Source: Bispira polyomma
Taxonomy: Eukaryota
Direction of reading: 5' to 3'
Length of the DNA: 64,000 bases
Assembly (NCBI GenBank): GCA_965649765.1
Contig: OZ287753.1
Location: 4,402,001-4,466,000, forward strand
The position numbers and the translations under genes are program-made. Positions 12,621 through 26,895 of this stretch are shown piece after piece. The first letter of the stretch is position 1. Each line of letters begins with the position of its first letter. The notes under the pieces were generated by a model that was not told the origin of the DNA, ran no database searches, and worked only from the letters and a program-made list of their open reading frames with translations.

Positions 12621-14842
12621 AGTTTATGATGCCTACATCTACAGATGATTACAGTGAATGTTGTTTGAAAGCCTGAGGCTTACAGAAGTAGAAAATATAA
12701 AAAATCAGTGACATTTTACAAATATTGTTGATATAAACAATGATCACACTAGAAGGCCAGTAAGTGGAGTGGATACCTCTACCAAGATGCTATGAAGTCA
12801 AAAATTGGCAAAAACAAAATCTTGAAATATGCTCTCAATCTGCTACAACATTTACTGGATTCTTCATCTTTGAAATTCCATGCAAATTGGTTTAATGGTT
12901 TATGTTCAGCATTGGAGGGATACATAAATTAAGAAAATTGCAAATATATTCTTTAACTTTCATATACAGATTCAGGATATCAATAGCTTACTTATTTGGT
13001 ACTGATATTGATACTGTTTTGGAATAGAAGATGGCTACCACCGAGATGGTTAGACTTGAGCAAACCATATAATCTCCATAATCATCAATGAAACTCAAAA
13101 ATATGAACAGAAATATGTGGCAATGAGATATATACATGTATGTAGTTTGGACATCTGTGCAGTGTGTACAATTATGAAGTTTTGAACCTTTATTGTTATT
13201 ATCCACTTATAAAACAAAATGATTATGCTTGTATAGGTCAGAAAATCAAAATTATACAAAACGTTTTCATAATGGTGTCATGTGATAGAACACATTTCAG
13301 CACCCACTCTGTATTGCACATCACAACAACATATTTCATGGCTGACTGGATCATAAAATGCTATATTTTACCTATATTCAAGCATAGTCTGTAACTGCGT
13401 CCATTTTACAATTTGAATTTTTTGGCGTTTTATTCCACTGCCTACTGATGAGTTAAAGAGTTGACTACACTCTTACAAGATGGTAGTTATATTTGACTGC
13501 ACATATGTTTGCTTTATATGCTATTATCATATTCAGGTTTTGATCCAGGTTTTTTAGCTGTCGAGATCATAAATGCATTGGTTAGCACCCGTCTGAACTT
13601 GTTTTAGGATTTAGTAAAGCTAATTTAGTCCATATCAGGCCTAGAAGCCTAACACATGGAAATTGCTTTGTTGTCGTCACTCAGTGGAATAAACGCACAA
13701 ATGATGTTAGATTACCCTAAATAGTTTAGAAGTCTCTAAAAAATGCACCTTTTTAGGCTTGCATACCATTCTGCATAGCCACCTTCTACGGTCAAGTCCT
13801 TGTCTGGCTGTGACTTCATTTCTGCAATGAGCCACCCATTTTTGCAGCTCCTTAGAAGATCTTTCATCCATTTAGCACTTTACAAATCATTCAATTAAAT
13901 CTTTGGTCATACTGTAATCGCCAGATTTATTAGTTGAAAAACCCCTATACTTTTTGTACTAGAAACAACTTACTAACAGAAAGTACATGACTAACCTCCC
14001 CACATGAAGGAACCAGTGATAGTCAAAACTTACGGTCCTCAGAGCAGAGAGGTCAGTGATAACAAATCAGAGGCTTACACAACAAATAACCCACTGTGGA
14101 CATTTCCTGGTTACTAGATGATCTTTTGTCTTAGTTTCCGTCATGTAAACACTTAGATTAGGTATCCCTGCTTAAGAAATACAAAAACGATGTCAGATAA
14201 TATGTGTATGACCTTTTCTACAGTATAATTCCACACTAAATTGCCTTGGCCGTTTCTCTACTTGGATATATATATGTGATTAAACATTGTATATAAACCC
14301 TTTTATATGGATGTAAAGGGAATTTGAGACATTGGGGCCAAGAGGACAAAATACAGTAAAAGGGTGTTATAAAGGAGACATGTTTTTTTCTCATTCCAAT
14401 AAAATGTACTCAATATATGGAACAATTATGTTGGTCCATCAAAGTAACAAAGCTCATTCAGAACATTCTAGGCCAAGGTAAGCAAATGTACCCACGTATT
14501 TATGAGGATGACAATTTATCTTTGGTCTTTACGGAGTTGCACAGCAAGAATATTTTGCACAAAATATAGTTGATATAGTTTAATACCACAAGGCCCTGTA
14601 CTGAAATTTCATGCTACATTCTCATGGTTCTTCACTTGATCTTTGTGGGACATTATACCTCTCCAATATATAAAAATAAACAGCAAGAATTTAAATATTT
14701 ATTTTTATTGGTTTTTTTTAGTTTTCTGGTTTGCTTTAAGATGTTACTTCTTTATCAATGTGTCTGATTGATTCATTCTATACCACCTTGTGTCAAATTA
14801 TTCGCAATTGTTTAAAATAAATACTTTAACTTGATTACATAG

Positions 14843-15110
14843 GTAGTCGTGGTGGCCTAGTGGTTAGCAAGCATTGCGATTCACAATCACTGGCCTCTCA
14901 CCGCTGGGATAAGCTGGCGTGGGTTTGACTCCTGTCGATGCCTATGTGGGAAAGGTGGTAGTTTTTTATTGTGAGCCGCTGGTTTCAGTGCAGAACCTTG
15001 ATCAACTGTATGCAGTGTTTTCTCCAGCGTTTCCAACTCCTCGTCCTAATATAACCTAAAACAGGTACTAAAGTGGACGTTAAATATCCCAATTCAAAAA
15101 AAAAAAAAAT
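14843..15110 (+). mobile_element. tRNA-derived SINE, full length
   Basis: A box TGGCCTAGTGG, B box GGTTTGACTCC, poly-A tail, 12-bp TSD ttgattaca(t/a)ag; homologous to 52857-53112. Confidence 0.85.
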
Positions 15111-16560
15111 TTGATTACAAAGTTGATTTAATACAGCTAAACACATTTTTCAGTCAAATACAAGGATAAGAGCCTTTTGTCAGGCATGTTCTCGGGTGGT
15201 CTCCAGCGACCTAGTGCATGTAGTTGCATTGGTCTAATGATCCTGGTGTACCTGGTTCAACTCATCATTATTGGTCAATGGGGAAATATCCTTTGACAAG
15301 TTGATGTATAGCTATATCATATCTGCCGGCAAAATGTCCAGAATCAGGAGTTTCTTTCACAATTAGTCTATGGAAACTTCTGATTTTAGTCAATACTCTT
15401 GTTTAAACTACTGAAACCTAAAGCAAAAGTATCAAATTGTATTTTTAAGCACTCTACAAAAGTAAACATATTTCCATTAACAATATAAATAAATGTAAGG
15501 TGATTGAATTTTACGTGAAGTTTGAATAAATATAATATAATATAAGAGTTGCTGAATATGAATATAAATGTCATCTAAATTTATGAGTTACTGAATATCA
15601 TGTGAACGTCAATCATTTAATTAATTAATAGAAATGCACTGGCTGATTTGACTGTAGAAATAGAACAATAGAAGTGGTTTTCATAGATCCACTTTACTTA
15701 TAAAAGTGTTCAATATTAAAGTGCAAACATGCAAACACGTACGTAACCCAGAATGTATTTTGCAATGTGACAGGGCCACGGTGTCACAATTTTGTTTCCT
15801 TAAAAATGAAAATGAAATATTGACCAATACTTTGAAGAATGAAGCAGGTCATCAAGGGTATTTGCACATGAGAAGATCAGTCTTTTGATATAAAATAAAT
15901 TAGGTGCCAGCTCTGAATCATTTGCAGCACCGTAATTTATGAACCACACATTTTGGAATTTCAGTTTTATTGAGTTTTTGTACTGAGAAGCGTTGAATTA
16001 AATATAGTACTTATTAAAGTTTGACACAATGGTTGATAAACAGCAATTACTTAAAATAATTTTGTTTGAAATAAACATATGTTTTTAACAATCAGTATCA
16101 CACAAAGAGTAGTTTACAATCTATATAACCAACTGATTACTTAATGCTGGAAACGCTGCTAAATTGTGAACTATTGAGGGGGTTCATTCAGCGTAATTGG
16201 TGCGTGCAAAATATGAGCAAATTGTCAGGTGACAGATTTATCTGGGCCAAATAATTCACCCCTTGGCTACCATACACTAATAACAATCTGGTGACCTTGA
16301 ATATGATTAGATTGTGACCATTTACTCAATACCATTTATTACTTCCTACTTATGATCATTCCTAATCATCTTATATTGGTTTCTTAGAACAATTATTTTT
16401 GAGATACCCAGAATTTATGCCAGAAACATTAGTAGCCATGTATAATCAAAAATCCTTTAAAAATTATAGAATAATAATAAAACAAGTTAAAATGCCTGTA
16501 TGTTGTAAGTATAAATATGTTTCCATTTCACCAGTACAATCTGTAATCATGAAGCGAAAT

Positions 16561-17345
16561 TTTTTTTTTTTTTATATTTTATTTATTTTTGCACATTCAG
16601 TATATAAATACAAACTTTAACAGAACTAATAATTGTATACTCCCAAGGTCATATAAAGATATATCATTAAACATTTCTGACTAAGACCTCTTAACAGTAT
16701 ACAATCAAGACGATGTAATTTGGTGGTTTTTACATTTTTTACATTAGCAGAAGTTACTCTCCAAACTTTTCTTCAAAATTATAAATTTGACTCTTTTTCA
16801 TTGCTATTTGCTTGTCAATGTCTAAACAATCTCTTAAAATAAACAAAATATCAAGGAGACCTGGCTATCTGTTTTCCTTTCTACATTTACTGACATAATA
16901 TTTACCTATTAACAGTACATAATTCAGAACATAATACAGCCTTTGGTTCACATATATTAATCCTAGTAATATATCAAGCACAGCAAAATCTATTGATACA
17001 GCCAATATTGTAAACAGCCATCTTTTAACTTGAAACCAAAAAGCTTTAATTCTACTACAATACAAAAACCAATGTTCTAAGTTATGAAACTGGTTACAGT
17101 CATTACACAGAGGAGATTCCTTTATGTTCCATAGAAAAAGTTTAAAATTGCAAGCATAAATTCTATGTAATATTTTGAATTGTAATGTAATGACATAAGT
17201 ATCTTTCAAAACTTTACAGGGTAGTAGGTACACCTTGTGCCACTCTAGGGAGTCAAGAAAGGGATAATATTCTACCCATTTATTTTGGCTAGTGGGAATA
17301 ACATGGGACCTACCAACAAATTCATTATACACTTACGAATTTGGA
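16561..17345 (-). mobile_element. 5'-truncated L1/Tx1-clade LINE
   Basis: ORF 16865-17332 has LQFKILHRI and a zf-RVT-like CNDC..LEHWFLYC; AATAAA plus poly-A at the 3' end; perfect 10-bp TSD GAAGCGAAAT (16551-16560 and 17346-17355). Confidence 0.9.
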
Positions 17346-18219
17346 GAAGCGAAATATTAATAGCATTATTACAGTAGGAAAGGGAATGGCTTTGACAGTG
17401 TACCATTATAGTATATGAGAACCTATCCATGTATTAATTTTAAATACATTTTTACACTTTATACTGTAGATGCAAGTATTGTAATTAGTGATGACATATG
17501 ATATATTATTTTTATTATTAAGCATTTGTATAGTGTCTAACAGTCCAAGATTCATCCTCTTAGGTGTCTATGCTGCATCCAGGAAAACTCCTACAGCATG
17601 GGCCTGTCATCATTTTTTATCAGGCACAGCCTGATATTGTCACTCTGACTATGTTGGAAAGCTCTGCCATGTTGAAAATAATATGTAAGGTATTCATGTC
17701 TTGGTTGGAAGCAATTAGTCGGCTCGGCCAAACTGAGGGTTTCAGCTTAATCCTATCAGGCACTGCCTAGTATTGCCATGTTGGAAATACTAGGCAAGGC
17801 CTTCATGGATTGATTGAAAGCACCTGTGTCTCTTTTAAAAGACAACTCTAGTTGTGTGTTCACATCTTGCTGACAGATGTTATTGCTGGCAGCACATAAA
17901 AATAGGAAAAGTTAGAAAAAGGTTAAATGATTCCCAAGATTAGCTTACTTTCAGAGATTGTAAACATAGATCAGGTCTTGGGGAAAAAAACATTTGGCCA
18001 AAAGCAGTTACCTTTGTAAAAAAATGTAATTGTATGTATGATACTAGCAGAAATAGTTGCAGATTAAGATGTACTAAAAACCTCTGAGGCAGACAAAAAA
18101 GATTCTGAAGTATTCTCTTCGACCAGTGGTGAATTGGTTTGTACTTTCCCATTAGTAGGGTGAAGTATTGCATATTCCTCTGGTTTTCAAAAGTAAGATC
18201 TGTAATAAAATGGATGTTA

Positions 18220-18878
18220 GCCTACGCTTCCTTTCAGCATATTCCGACGTCGGCCGATTTGTCTGTGTCCGACGTCGGCCGACGTCGGCCGATGTAGGGC
18301 TTCCTTTCATCAGATTTATACCCAATATTCGTCGAATGTTGACTTTAAAAATGGCATAAGAAAGCTTATTTTATTATGATTACTGTGCTTCTTTTTTCAC
18401 CAAAATTCGTTAAGAAACGGCTTAGATATTTAAGTTTATAGAGGGGTACCCATTTATACTTGCTTATGCGTGAGTTGTGACGTAGCTGCAAAACTGACGT
18501 CATTATGACGTATTATGACGCATCTATAACTTTAATATCTGAGCCGATTCTTAACGGATATTGGTGGGGGAAAAGGCACAGTAATCACAATGAAATAACC
18601 TTTTTCATGTCATTTTCAACGTCAACATCTGACGAATATTGAGTATATATAAGATGAAAACTATACCTATAATAGCATTTTTGCAGACATTTTTATTTCA
18701 AATTTCAAAATTGGACAGTCCTCCCAGCTTCCCCCCCCCCCCCCCCCCCCCCCCCGCGAGAGATAAAATATGTTGGCCAAACAGACTGATGCAAATCTGC
18801 TGAAAGGAAGCACTTAGTAGTATTGTATAATGAAGGGAAAAATCGGCCGATAAAAACATGCTGAAAGGAAGCGTAGGC
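18220..18878. mobile_element. PIF/Harbinger-type MITE
   Basis: Perfect 21-bp TIR gcctacgcttcctttcagcat / atgctgaaaggaagcgtaggc; TTA TSD; paralogous empty site atgTTActgata at about 24150. Confidence 0.85.
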
Positions 18879-21800
18879 TTACTGATACACTCAGAGTGGC
18901 ATGCTTAAAAACGAAAGACAAGCCAATGGGCCAAGACTTATAATTACAGTGTATGAGTGGTAAATTGGAAGTTGCAATAGCAGCATCATTAACAACACAG
19001 ACCGGATTCAGGACTGTAGTGTGAACACTCAAACTCAACCAAGAACAAAACTTAGAACTGAGTTGTTGATATTTCTTTCGTCGTGAATATGTTTTAATGT
19101 TTAACCTGGGTTTGTATTTAAAATCCTACATCGATAGCTGATATGAATGATCACATAGGTGATTTGTATATTAGGACTGTGTAGTTTATTGGATATTATA
19201 ATGTAATCTGTCAGGAAAATAGTATCCAGCTACTAATGCACATACTATTACTTTCCATGTGTATCCATGTGGCATATTACAGGCATTCCTGTTTATTTAT
19301 GGTAAGCCTATTTTGGTCCTTAGAATTTGGTCAGGCCTAAAATAGTCTATCCAAGCTGCACACAGATCTGTAGAATGTAACCTTGTAAGTGAATAATTTA
19401 TAGTTGCAATAATTTCCACTTGATTAAGAGCTTTTAACTTCAAGTGTAGTTTCATATTTTAGATGGTCACCTGTGTATCCTTAAACTGCTTCAGACTTAT
19501 TGGACAGAGTAAAATCTAAATTTAAAAAGTTATAATTTACATTAAATGGTTGTCCTTGAGAGAGTGTTACTTTATGTCATCATAAATATCCTTCCTGCTC
19601 AGATTTAGATTTTGTGCTTTAGTATTGTCTGCTAAATTATCTGTATTGAATACATCTCTTCACAAATTATTCAGGTTAAAAACAATAATTGTGTACAGCA
19701 AATAACTCAACTAACTTTAATAATTCTAAGTATTTTCCCAAATAATTTTATCCATTAATAATAATGATTGATAATAAATCCAGTAGTTCTGTCCTTGTGA
19801 GTCCAAAAGCCTTATCACAAAACCAAGGAGTGAGCCAAGATCTTCATAAATTTCTGGTGGCTTCTATTTTCATGATAGTGAAGTAAGGTCCTCCATAAAA
19901 CATGTGGCCTGTGAGTAGAAAAAGGGGGCACCTTGAAGTAGCTGTTCTTGGTCATTTCCCTGAAGCAACTTATGTAAAAGAAAACTATGACACAAGATAT
20001 TTTTTGCAGTATCAGAATTTACACACTCACCATGATTTTGTTATTTTTTGCCGGATTTGGAGTATTAATCTTAATTTAACTGTTATCACTGTCAATATTG
20101 TCACATTAAATACATCCTATGGCAACCATAGTGATGCTCTTTTACTTCTTGTTTTACTGCATGCTAGCATCAGACACTGTACCTAATATCTGTGTTTCTT
20201 TGACAGAAAAAAGTAATCAAACCTGATGCCGGTAATGCTGTACTTGGCTATTAGCGAGCAACAATGTAGTTAATTGGGCCTATGAGTGATAATAGAGGAA
20301 TTGGATAGGTCGTCTTATTTCCAATATAGGTGACTTTTTTTCTTTATTCAAAAAGGTAATGAGATTATGTTACATTCTAAATACAACAAGAGCAGTCAGT
20401 TGATCAAAAACCTCTGTCTGTAGATTTAGCTACAGAACTAAACAGCTGAAAGGCGGCCAACTAATTGCATATTATACCATTTTGTAAGTAGGTATTGAAA
20501 TATCAGGTATTCATTACTGTAATGATGCCTACATCTATACAGATGCTAAACGTGTTAATAGGCTAGTCCTAATTATGTAACTGAAGGTTAAAACATTAAT
20601 TTCTATTTATAATAGGTTTTAATATTAGTTGTTGTATTGAGATTTGTTGTTACCCTTATGCAATGCTTGGCTATTGACCTAGTTGGATCCTGAAAAAAAT
20701 GGTAAAAATTCTACAAATTTTATGGTTTTCCATTTTTAACATAAATGTAGAAATGTATATATGAAAGTAACATGTAAAATAAAAGCTCAAATGGAATCTT
20801 TTACTACCTTCTTCATTAAATAAACTTTATCATACTCGGCCTGAACTTTATTTGACCTTATATATCTGACTTTTCAACTTGGGGACTGAAACTTTTAAGG
20901 AAACAAGTACTAGTATTTGTGTTGGAAACGACTGGACCATGTTAAGTATCTGGTAACTTCCCACATGAGAATAACAAGCTGATTGGCTTTAATATATTAT
21001 TGTGAAGAGCTCTCTAAATATCAACATCCACTTGGAGGTCATTGTCATCTGCACCAGTCACTGTCAGAAACTTAATTCGTGAGTGTTACAATACTGTAGC
21101 TTTTGAGCATAAATCGTGTCTATTTACTGATGTTTTACATCAGAATGTTTTGACAAATATGTACAAAATAAGTACAAAATATGTCCATTCAGCATAGTGG
21201 GACATGTCTTATTTAATGTGTGACATGACGTGCTAAAACCCTTTTCTTAAATGAAACATTTAAAATCGCATTCAGCCTCAAATAAATTGAAGACCACATG
21301 AAAATTCTTGTATATGGAATTGATCTATGCTTCTAACCATTTGTTAGAGCTGAATTTAAATAGGAAGATTTTAAATACCTTTACTCTGCTCAGAGATACA
21401 GATACACTGCATTTGAACTTAAGTCTCTAAGTTAAGCTCAGAGAATAGGCCACACAGTCTTCTAGATGAGCAGTATCATGTTCAAACGGTTCTTTGCCCT
21501 GAAGTCAGAGATATGACAGAAGACGGCTATTTTGACTTACCTGTTTGAATGTGCTTGAGTAACAATATATCATAGAAATGGTCGCAAAAGCACTTCATAA
21601 AACCTTTGATGTGACCCAGTCTTTGTCTTGATTTGTTGGGATGTTCCCTTAAGATATTTAACTATCTTTTGGATCAAATTGGTATTTATAAAACCCTTTA
21701 GCCCAGTCCCCAATACAGCCATCTCCACATCTTCAATGCTAAAAACCATTGTAAATGCAAACATATGTTTGGTGTGGAACTAAGTCAAGATTTGACTGGA

Positions 21801-24800
21801 GATTTTACAGAATTGCACAAATTAATAAATTACACTACAATCCCAGTTTAAGTGTTATTGAAGTACATTGTATCCTTGAATATATCCTGAGATAACCACA
21901 GTGATGTTGCTCTTGTCCTAATATATGTCCCATGTTAGAAGCAGGCAGTGTTTCTAGCAGATGCTTCTTGGTCAGAGGAAGTTGTCATATCTAATGCAAG
22001 TAGTGATACAGGTACAGCCTTTGTACAATTAGTGGTTTCTAGGAAAAATATTACTGGTTTCCACAAGCAATAAATCTGGCCGTTACAGTTTGACCAAAGA
22101 TTTTGATAGTGACGTAAACACAAAATACATTATAACCTCTATTATTCAAACATGTTTGAATACTTGTAAGGGTAATAAAAGGTACATCAAATAGAAGAGG
22201 CATTTCTATGATAAAAATTAATACAAAAATATAAATTTGGGAGAGTAAAAATATAAATATTTGGAAAGTAGCATTAGAAGTTTGTATAAAATAGAGGTTA
22301 AACTGTTTTTTCAAATTTTTGAGCAAAATGTCTTTGGACAGTTTCTTCTTCAATAATAGATGGGATTGTAGTAAGATTAGATACTTGTCTAAAACACATG
22401 TCTGTTTAGTGTTGCAGTAGTGGAAAGAATACATATATTCACTGTTGTGCAACAAGCTTCACATATCCTCGTCTTGGTAGAGAAATTAATGATAACAGTG
22501 CATACAATAAGCAATATATCCAGTTGTTAAATAAACAGCTGGGATGTGGCTTTATTTATGCGTTTCCACATGTTTTGCGGCAGGAAAGCTGTGGGGCAGA
22601 GTTTATAAAAGGTTATCTGTTTCAACTCGTGACAGTCTCACGTAATATGTTTTAATTAGTATATGTATACAGAGAATTTTTTTTAAACCTTAGTGATTGG
22701 TGGGTAACACACTCTGTTAGAAACACAGAAACCCTGGGTTTTTTCCAAGTCTGGGACAACAAGATACAGGCAGATACATAGTGACTCAGATGACCACTTA
22801 TAAAAATGACATTGATCAAATTCCCAGTGGCCGGGAGGTTGATAAATGGTCATCCTCAAGGCTCAGTCTTTAGTTCCTGTTTTTTTTGTTTTGTTTTTTT
22901 TTGGGGGGGGGAGGGGGGGGGTATGTTATCAACTGAATTTTGCGGTTGTTTTTGTTACTTTGCTGTCTTTTTAAGCATAATCGATGGTGTGTATTCGAGT
23001 GGTTTTCATATTTTTAAAATGACCTTTTTAGGTGATATGAGGGTCTAGCCATCGCTCATAGGTTTTAATGAAACGAAAACTAGTGTAAAAATATTTAAAA
23101 ATATGCCAATCACAAAAATACGGCCTTTTAAATTTTTCTAAGTGATGTCACACATTAAAAACTTTAAGAACAAGTAACAATGTTTGACAACACTTTGTAG
23201 CTCAGAACATTTTACATTTTAGGATTGGGCTTGATAAAAGTGTGGAAAATGTTTAAGTAATGGTAAACATTCCAGAAAAAAACAGATAACATTTCGATGT
23301 GAAACCCATTCCAACATAGTTTTTCATTGAACTTTGTGGAACATCATATGTTACCAATAAGCAGGAACAATTCTTAAAATTTTTGGTTTACTTTAACATA
23401 TCACTATTTTATTAGTTTATCCTATTAAATGGTCCTTTAGAACCTTTCTATCACCTTATGCCCAATTACACTGTTTTAGACAAGTTAATACTTTATTACA
23501 TAGTTGAGTTTATACAAGTAAAACATATTTTTAGTAGTCGAACATGATAACAGCTTTTTTGTCAAAATGAAAAAGGCCATTACCCTCAGTATTTACTTAT
23601 CAAAAGACATCATATTTTGGAATATCAAGTTCCTTTAATTCAATAACAAACACCTGTTTTAAAACAATAGCTATCAAACAAACAGTAGTGTAAACTTTAT
23701 ATCAGCAACTAATTACTTGATACTGTAAACCTAAAAAAAATATTGATGGAGTTGGATTAATCATTCAGCATAATTGGCGCGTGCAAAAAATAAAACAAAT
23801 AGTAAAAAAATCGTTGCTCAGGACACTGTCAGGTGACAAATTTATCTGTGCCAAGTAATCCACCCCATGGCCAGGAGCTCCAGAAACAAAAAAAAATGAT
23901 GACTTGACAATGATTCTATTGTGATAATTTACTAAATACACTGTATTACATCCTACTTTTGATGATTTCTAATGTACCAAGTCATTTTATATTGTTTCCT
24001 TGACAACAATCTTGTTGAGATATTTAAAACTTTTTCCTAAAAGCAATGTATAATCAGACTCCTTGAATTGGTTTGTACTTCCCCATTCGTAGGGTGAAGT
24101 ACTGCAGGTGCCTCTAGTTATCAGCAGTAAGATCTGTAATAAAAAGACATGTTACTGATACACCCAGAGTGGGATGCTTAAAAAAGAGACACAAGGATTT
24201 TAATTACAGCGTGGGTGGTAAATGGGGAGTTGTAATAGGATCACCATTAACTACACAGACTGGACTTGGGACTTTAGTAGGAATGATAAAACTCAAACTC
24301 ACACAAGACTCAAACTCAAACTCTATTCTCCATATTTCTGGCATAGTGGATATGTTTATATTTAACCTAGGTCTGTATTTACAATCCTACATTGATAGCT
24401 GACATGAATGGCCACATATAGGTCCTTTGTATTGTTAGCACCGCAAAATGGACAAATATGAGTAAGATTTTTAATACATGCCTTGGTCTAGTTTATTAGA
24501 TATTATAGTGTAATCTGCCAGGAACATAGTAATCAGAATAAAACAGCTATTGCACATTACTATTAATGTATCCGTGTAGCATATTACAGATATTTCTCTT
24601 TATTTATAGTAAGCCTATTTTTTCATTACAATTTTGTCAGGATTAAAACAGTCTATTAATTTAGAGACCTGTAGAATGTGAACTTGTATGTAAATAATTT
24701 ATAGTTAAACTTTTAAAGTATATTTATGATATTTACCTCTATATATAAAATAAGAAACTACCTGTCTGCAAATACTACATTTAAATCTTTTAATGGGAGA

Positions 24801-26895
24801 TCGTTATAGACTGGATAATATATACCCCATCAAATTACTTTGCTTCGAACACTTACAGAACAATAGTCACAACTGATATGTTTCTAATTTCACTGAAGCC
24901 ATAGCCTTGTAAGTAACTAGATCTTCACATTCCTAGAGATCTGTGGTCCTTCACTAGAAACTGGGCCTCAAGAACACGACCATTTTATACCAGGTCATTG
25001 TCAGATGGAAGACCATCTATTTGTAATTAAAACGTGAAGCTGCGCTACACTTGGTCATAGTGATATATGCTTGAAAACAAAGTAAATTGTGAAAATTATA
25101 ATCGTAATAAGAGTAAATTTATCCTTATATTTTTGTCATGATATTATTTCTATGTTAACCATTCATATTCTTACCATTCTTACATCATACAATACAATAA
25201 TTTAACCAGTAAGGTTGTCAAGGTTACACAGAATGGACATTAGTTCAGCATATTCAAAACAAAGAAAGACACAAGAATTAAAACTTCAACAAATTTTTTA
25301 TAATAACCGTTAACAATTGCTATCAAATACAATTAAATTGGTAACAAAAAGTACATACATATTTTTGCAAAATTAAATAATATGCAGAAGACAAACCTCC
25401 ATACCATGTTCTATAGTTATTAGTATTTCTAACACAACCCTCCAATATTTGACCATTTGTCCTTTTCTACAACTGCGGGATAACAATTTTTTATTGCACA
25501 TCCATTGCACAATTATTGCACATCCATTGCACAATTATTGCACAAACATAAAACTAGTTGCTGTCAGTGATGAGCTAAAAGGATTTTTTTTAATGAGACT
25601 CTGGCCCAGAGGTCAAGGCTGATCACAAACAATCAGAAAGTAGTCTTTATTCCTGTCCAATGTGGCAGCTTTGTGAATTAATGGTTTTAAATTAAGACTT
25701 TGTGATTTCTGTTTCATTTCGTTACTTCTAGCGTTTTTTAAATATAGTTAATATTGATTATATACTGACATTAGTAAGCTATATTGCTTACATGATGTAA
25801 TGCAAAGAAATAAGACATGTATTAAAATATAACTGTGCTGATAATTAGCTTTCATAATGTTAAGTGCCGCCTTCCATAATATAATCCTAAAGCAATCTCT
25901 TTAGAAGAGAAACACTGCAGGGTGCAAGGTAAAACTTTTATGTTTCAATGCATCATTTTCCAGGACGTTTAGCAGCATGAGATGAACCATATATATATAA
26001 ATATTCTTTCTGTTGGAAAAATGAGAATGTTGAAATGTTTATGCTGAGAGCTGAACTGAGTACTGGTGTTTTAGGTTAAAAACAATAATTGTGTGCAGGA
26101 AATAATGAAACTAACTTAATAATTTTAAGTATTTTCCAAAATAATTTTATCTGTTAATATTAATGATGGATAATAAAACCAGTAATTCTGACCATATGAG
26201 TCCAAAAGCCTTATCACAAAACTAAGGAGTGATCCAGGATCTCCATAAATTTTCTAGGGTTTCTATTTTTACGACAGTGAAGTAAGGTCCTCCATAAAAC
26301 ATGTGGCCTGTGAGTAGCAGAAAAAGGGGGACATTGAAGTAGCTGTGAATTTATTATTTGCCATTTCTTAGAAGTAACTTAGTGTAAAAGAAAACTATGA
26401 CACAAGTATTTTCTGCAGTAACAGAATTTACACACTTACCATTATTTTATTAGTTTTTTGCCTGATGTGGAGTGATAATGTAGAGTTATCACTGTCAATA
26501 TTGTCACATTAAACATCTCCTGCGGTAACCATAGTGATGCTGTTTTACTTCATGTATTACTGCATGCTAGCATCTGGCACTGTATCTAATATCTGTGTTT
26601 CTTTGACAGAAAAAAATAGTCAAATCTGATGCCTGCAATCCTACACTTGGCTATGATCTACACATCAAACGATCATGTAGTTAATTAGCCCTATCAATGA
26701 TAATAAAAGAATGTTAAACAAGGGCACTTAGTAGGGTGAAAACCTTAGCCTGTAGCTTTAGCTACAGATCTAGACAGCTCAGATTGAAAGTCGGCCATCT
26801 AATGCCATTTCTTAGTACTTTTCGAAATATGAAGTTCTCATTAAAGTATACTCAGTACTCATCAGGTACTCAATTATCTTTATCCAGATCTACAC

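Noticed and set aside
13445-13470. Hammerhead core CTGATGAG
   Set aside because: The putative stem II is followed by TACAC rather than GAAAC in both copies.
21541-21738. Minus-strand 198-nt exon-like segment with good acceptor and donor
   Set aside because: Stops in all three frames, single copy and no homology; cannot be supported without RNA data.
25562-25625. Box C/D snoRNA candidates (GTGATGA..CTGA), also at about 30651, 49517 and 55030
   Set aside because: Boxes are not conserved among paralogs, terminal stems are misregistered, and no recognisable rRNA/snRNA antisense element was found.
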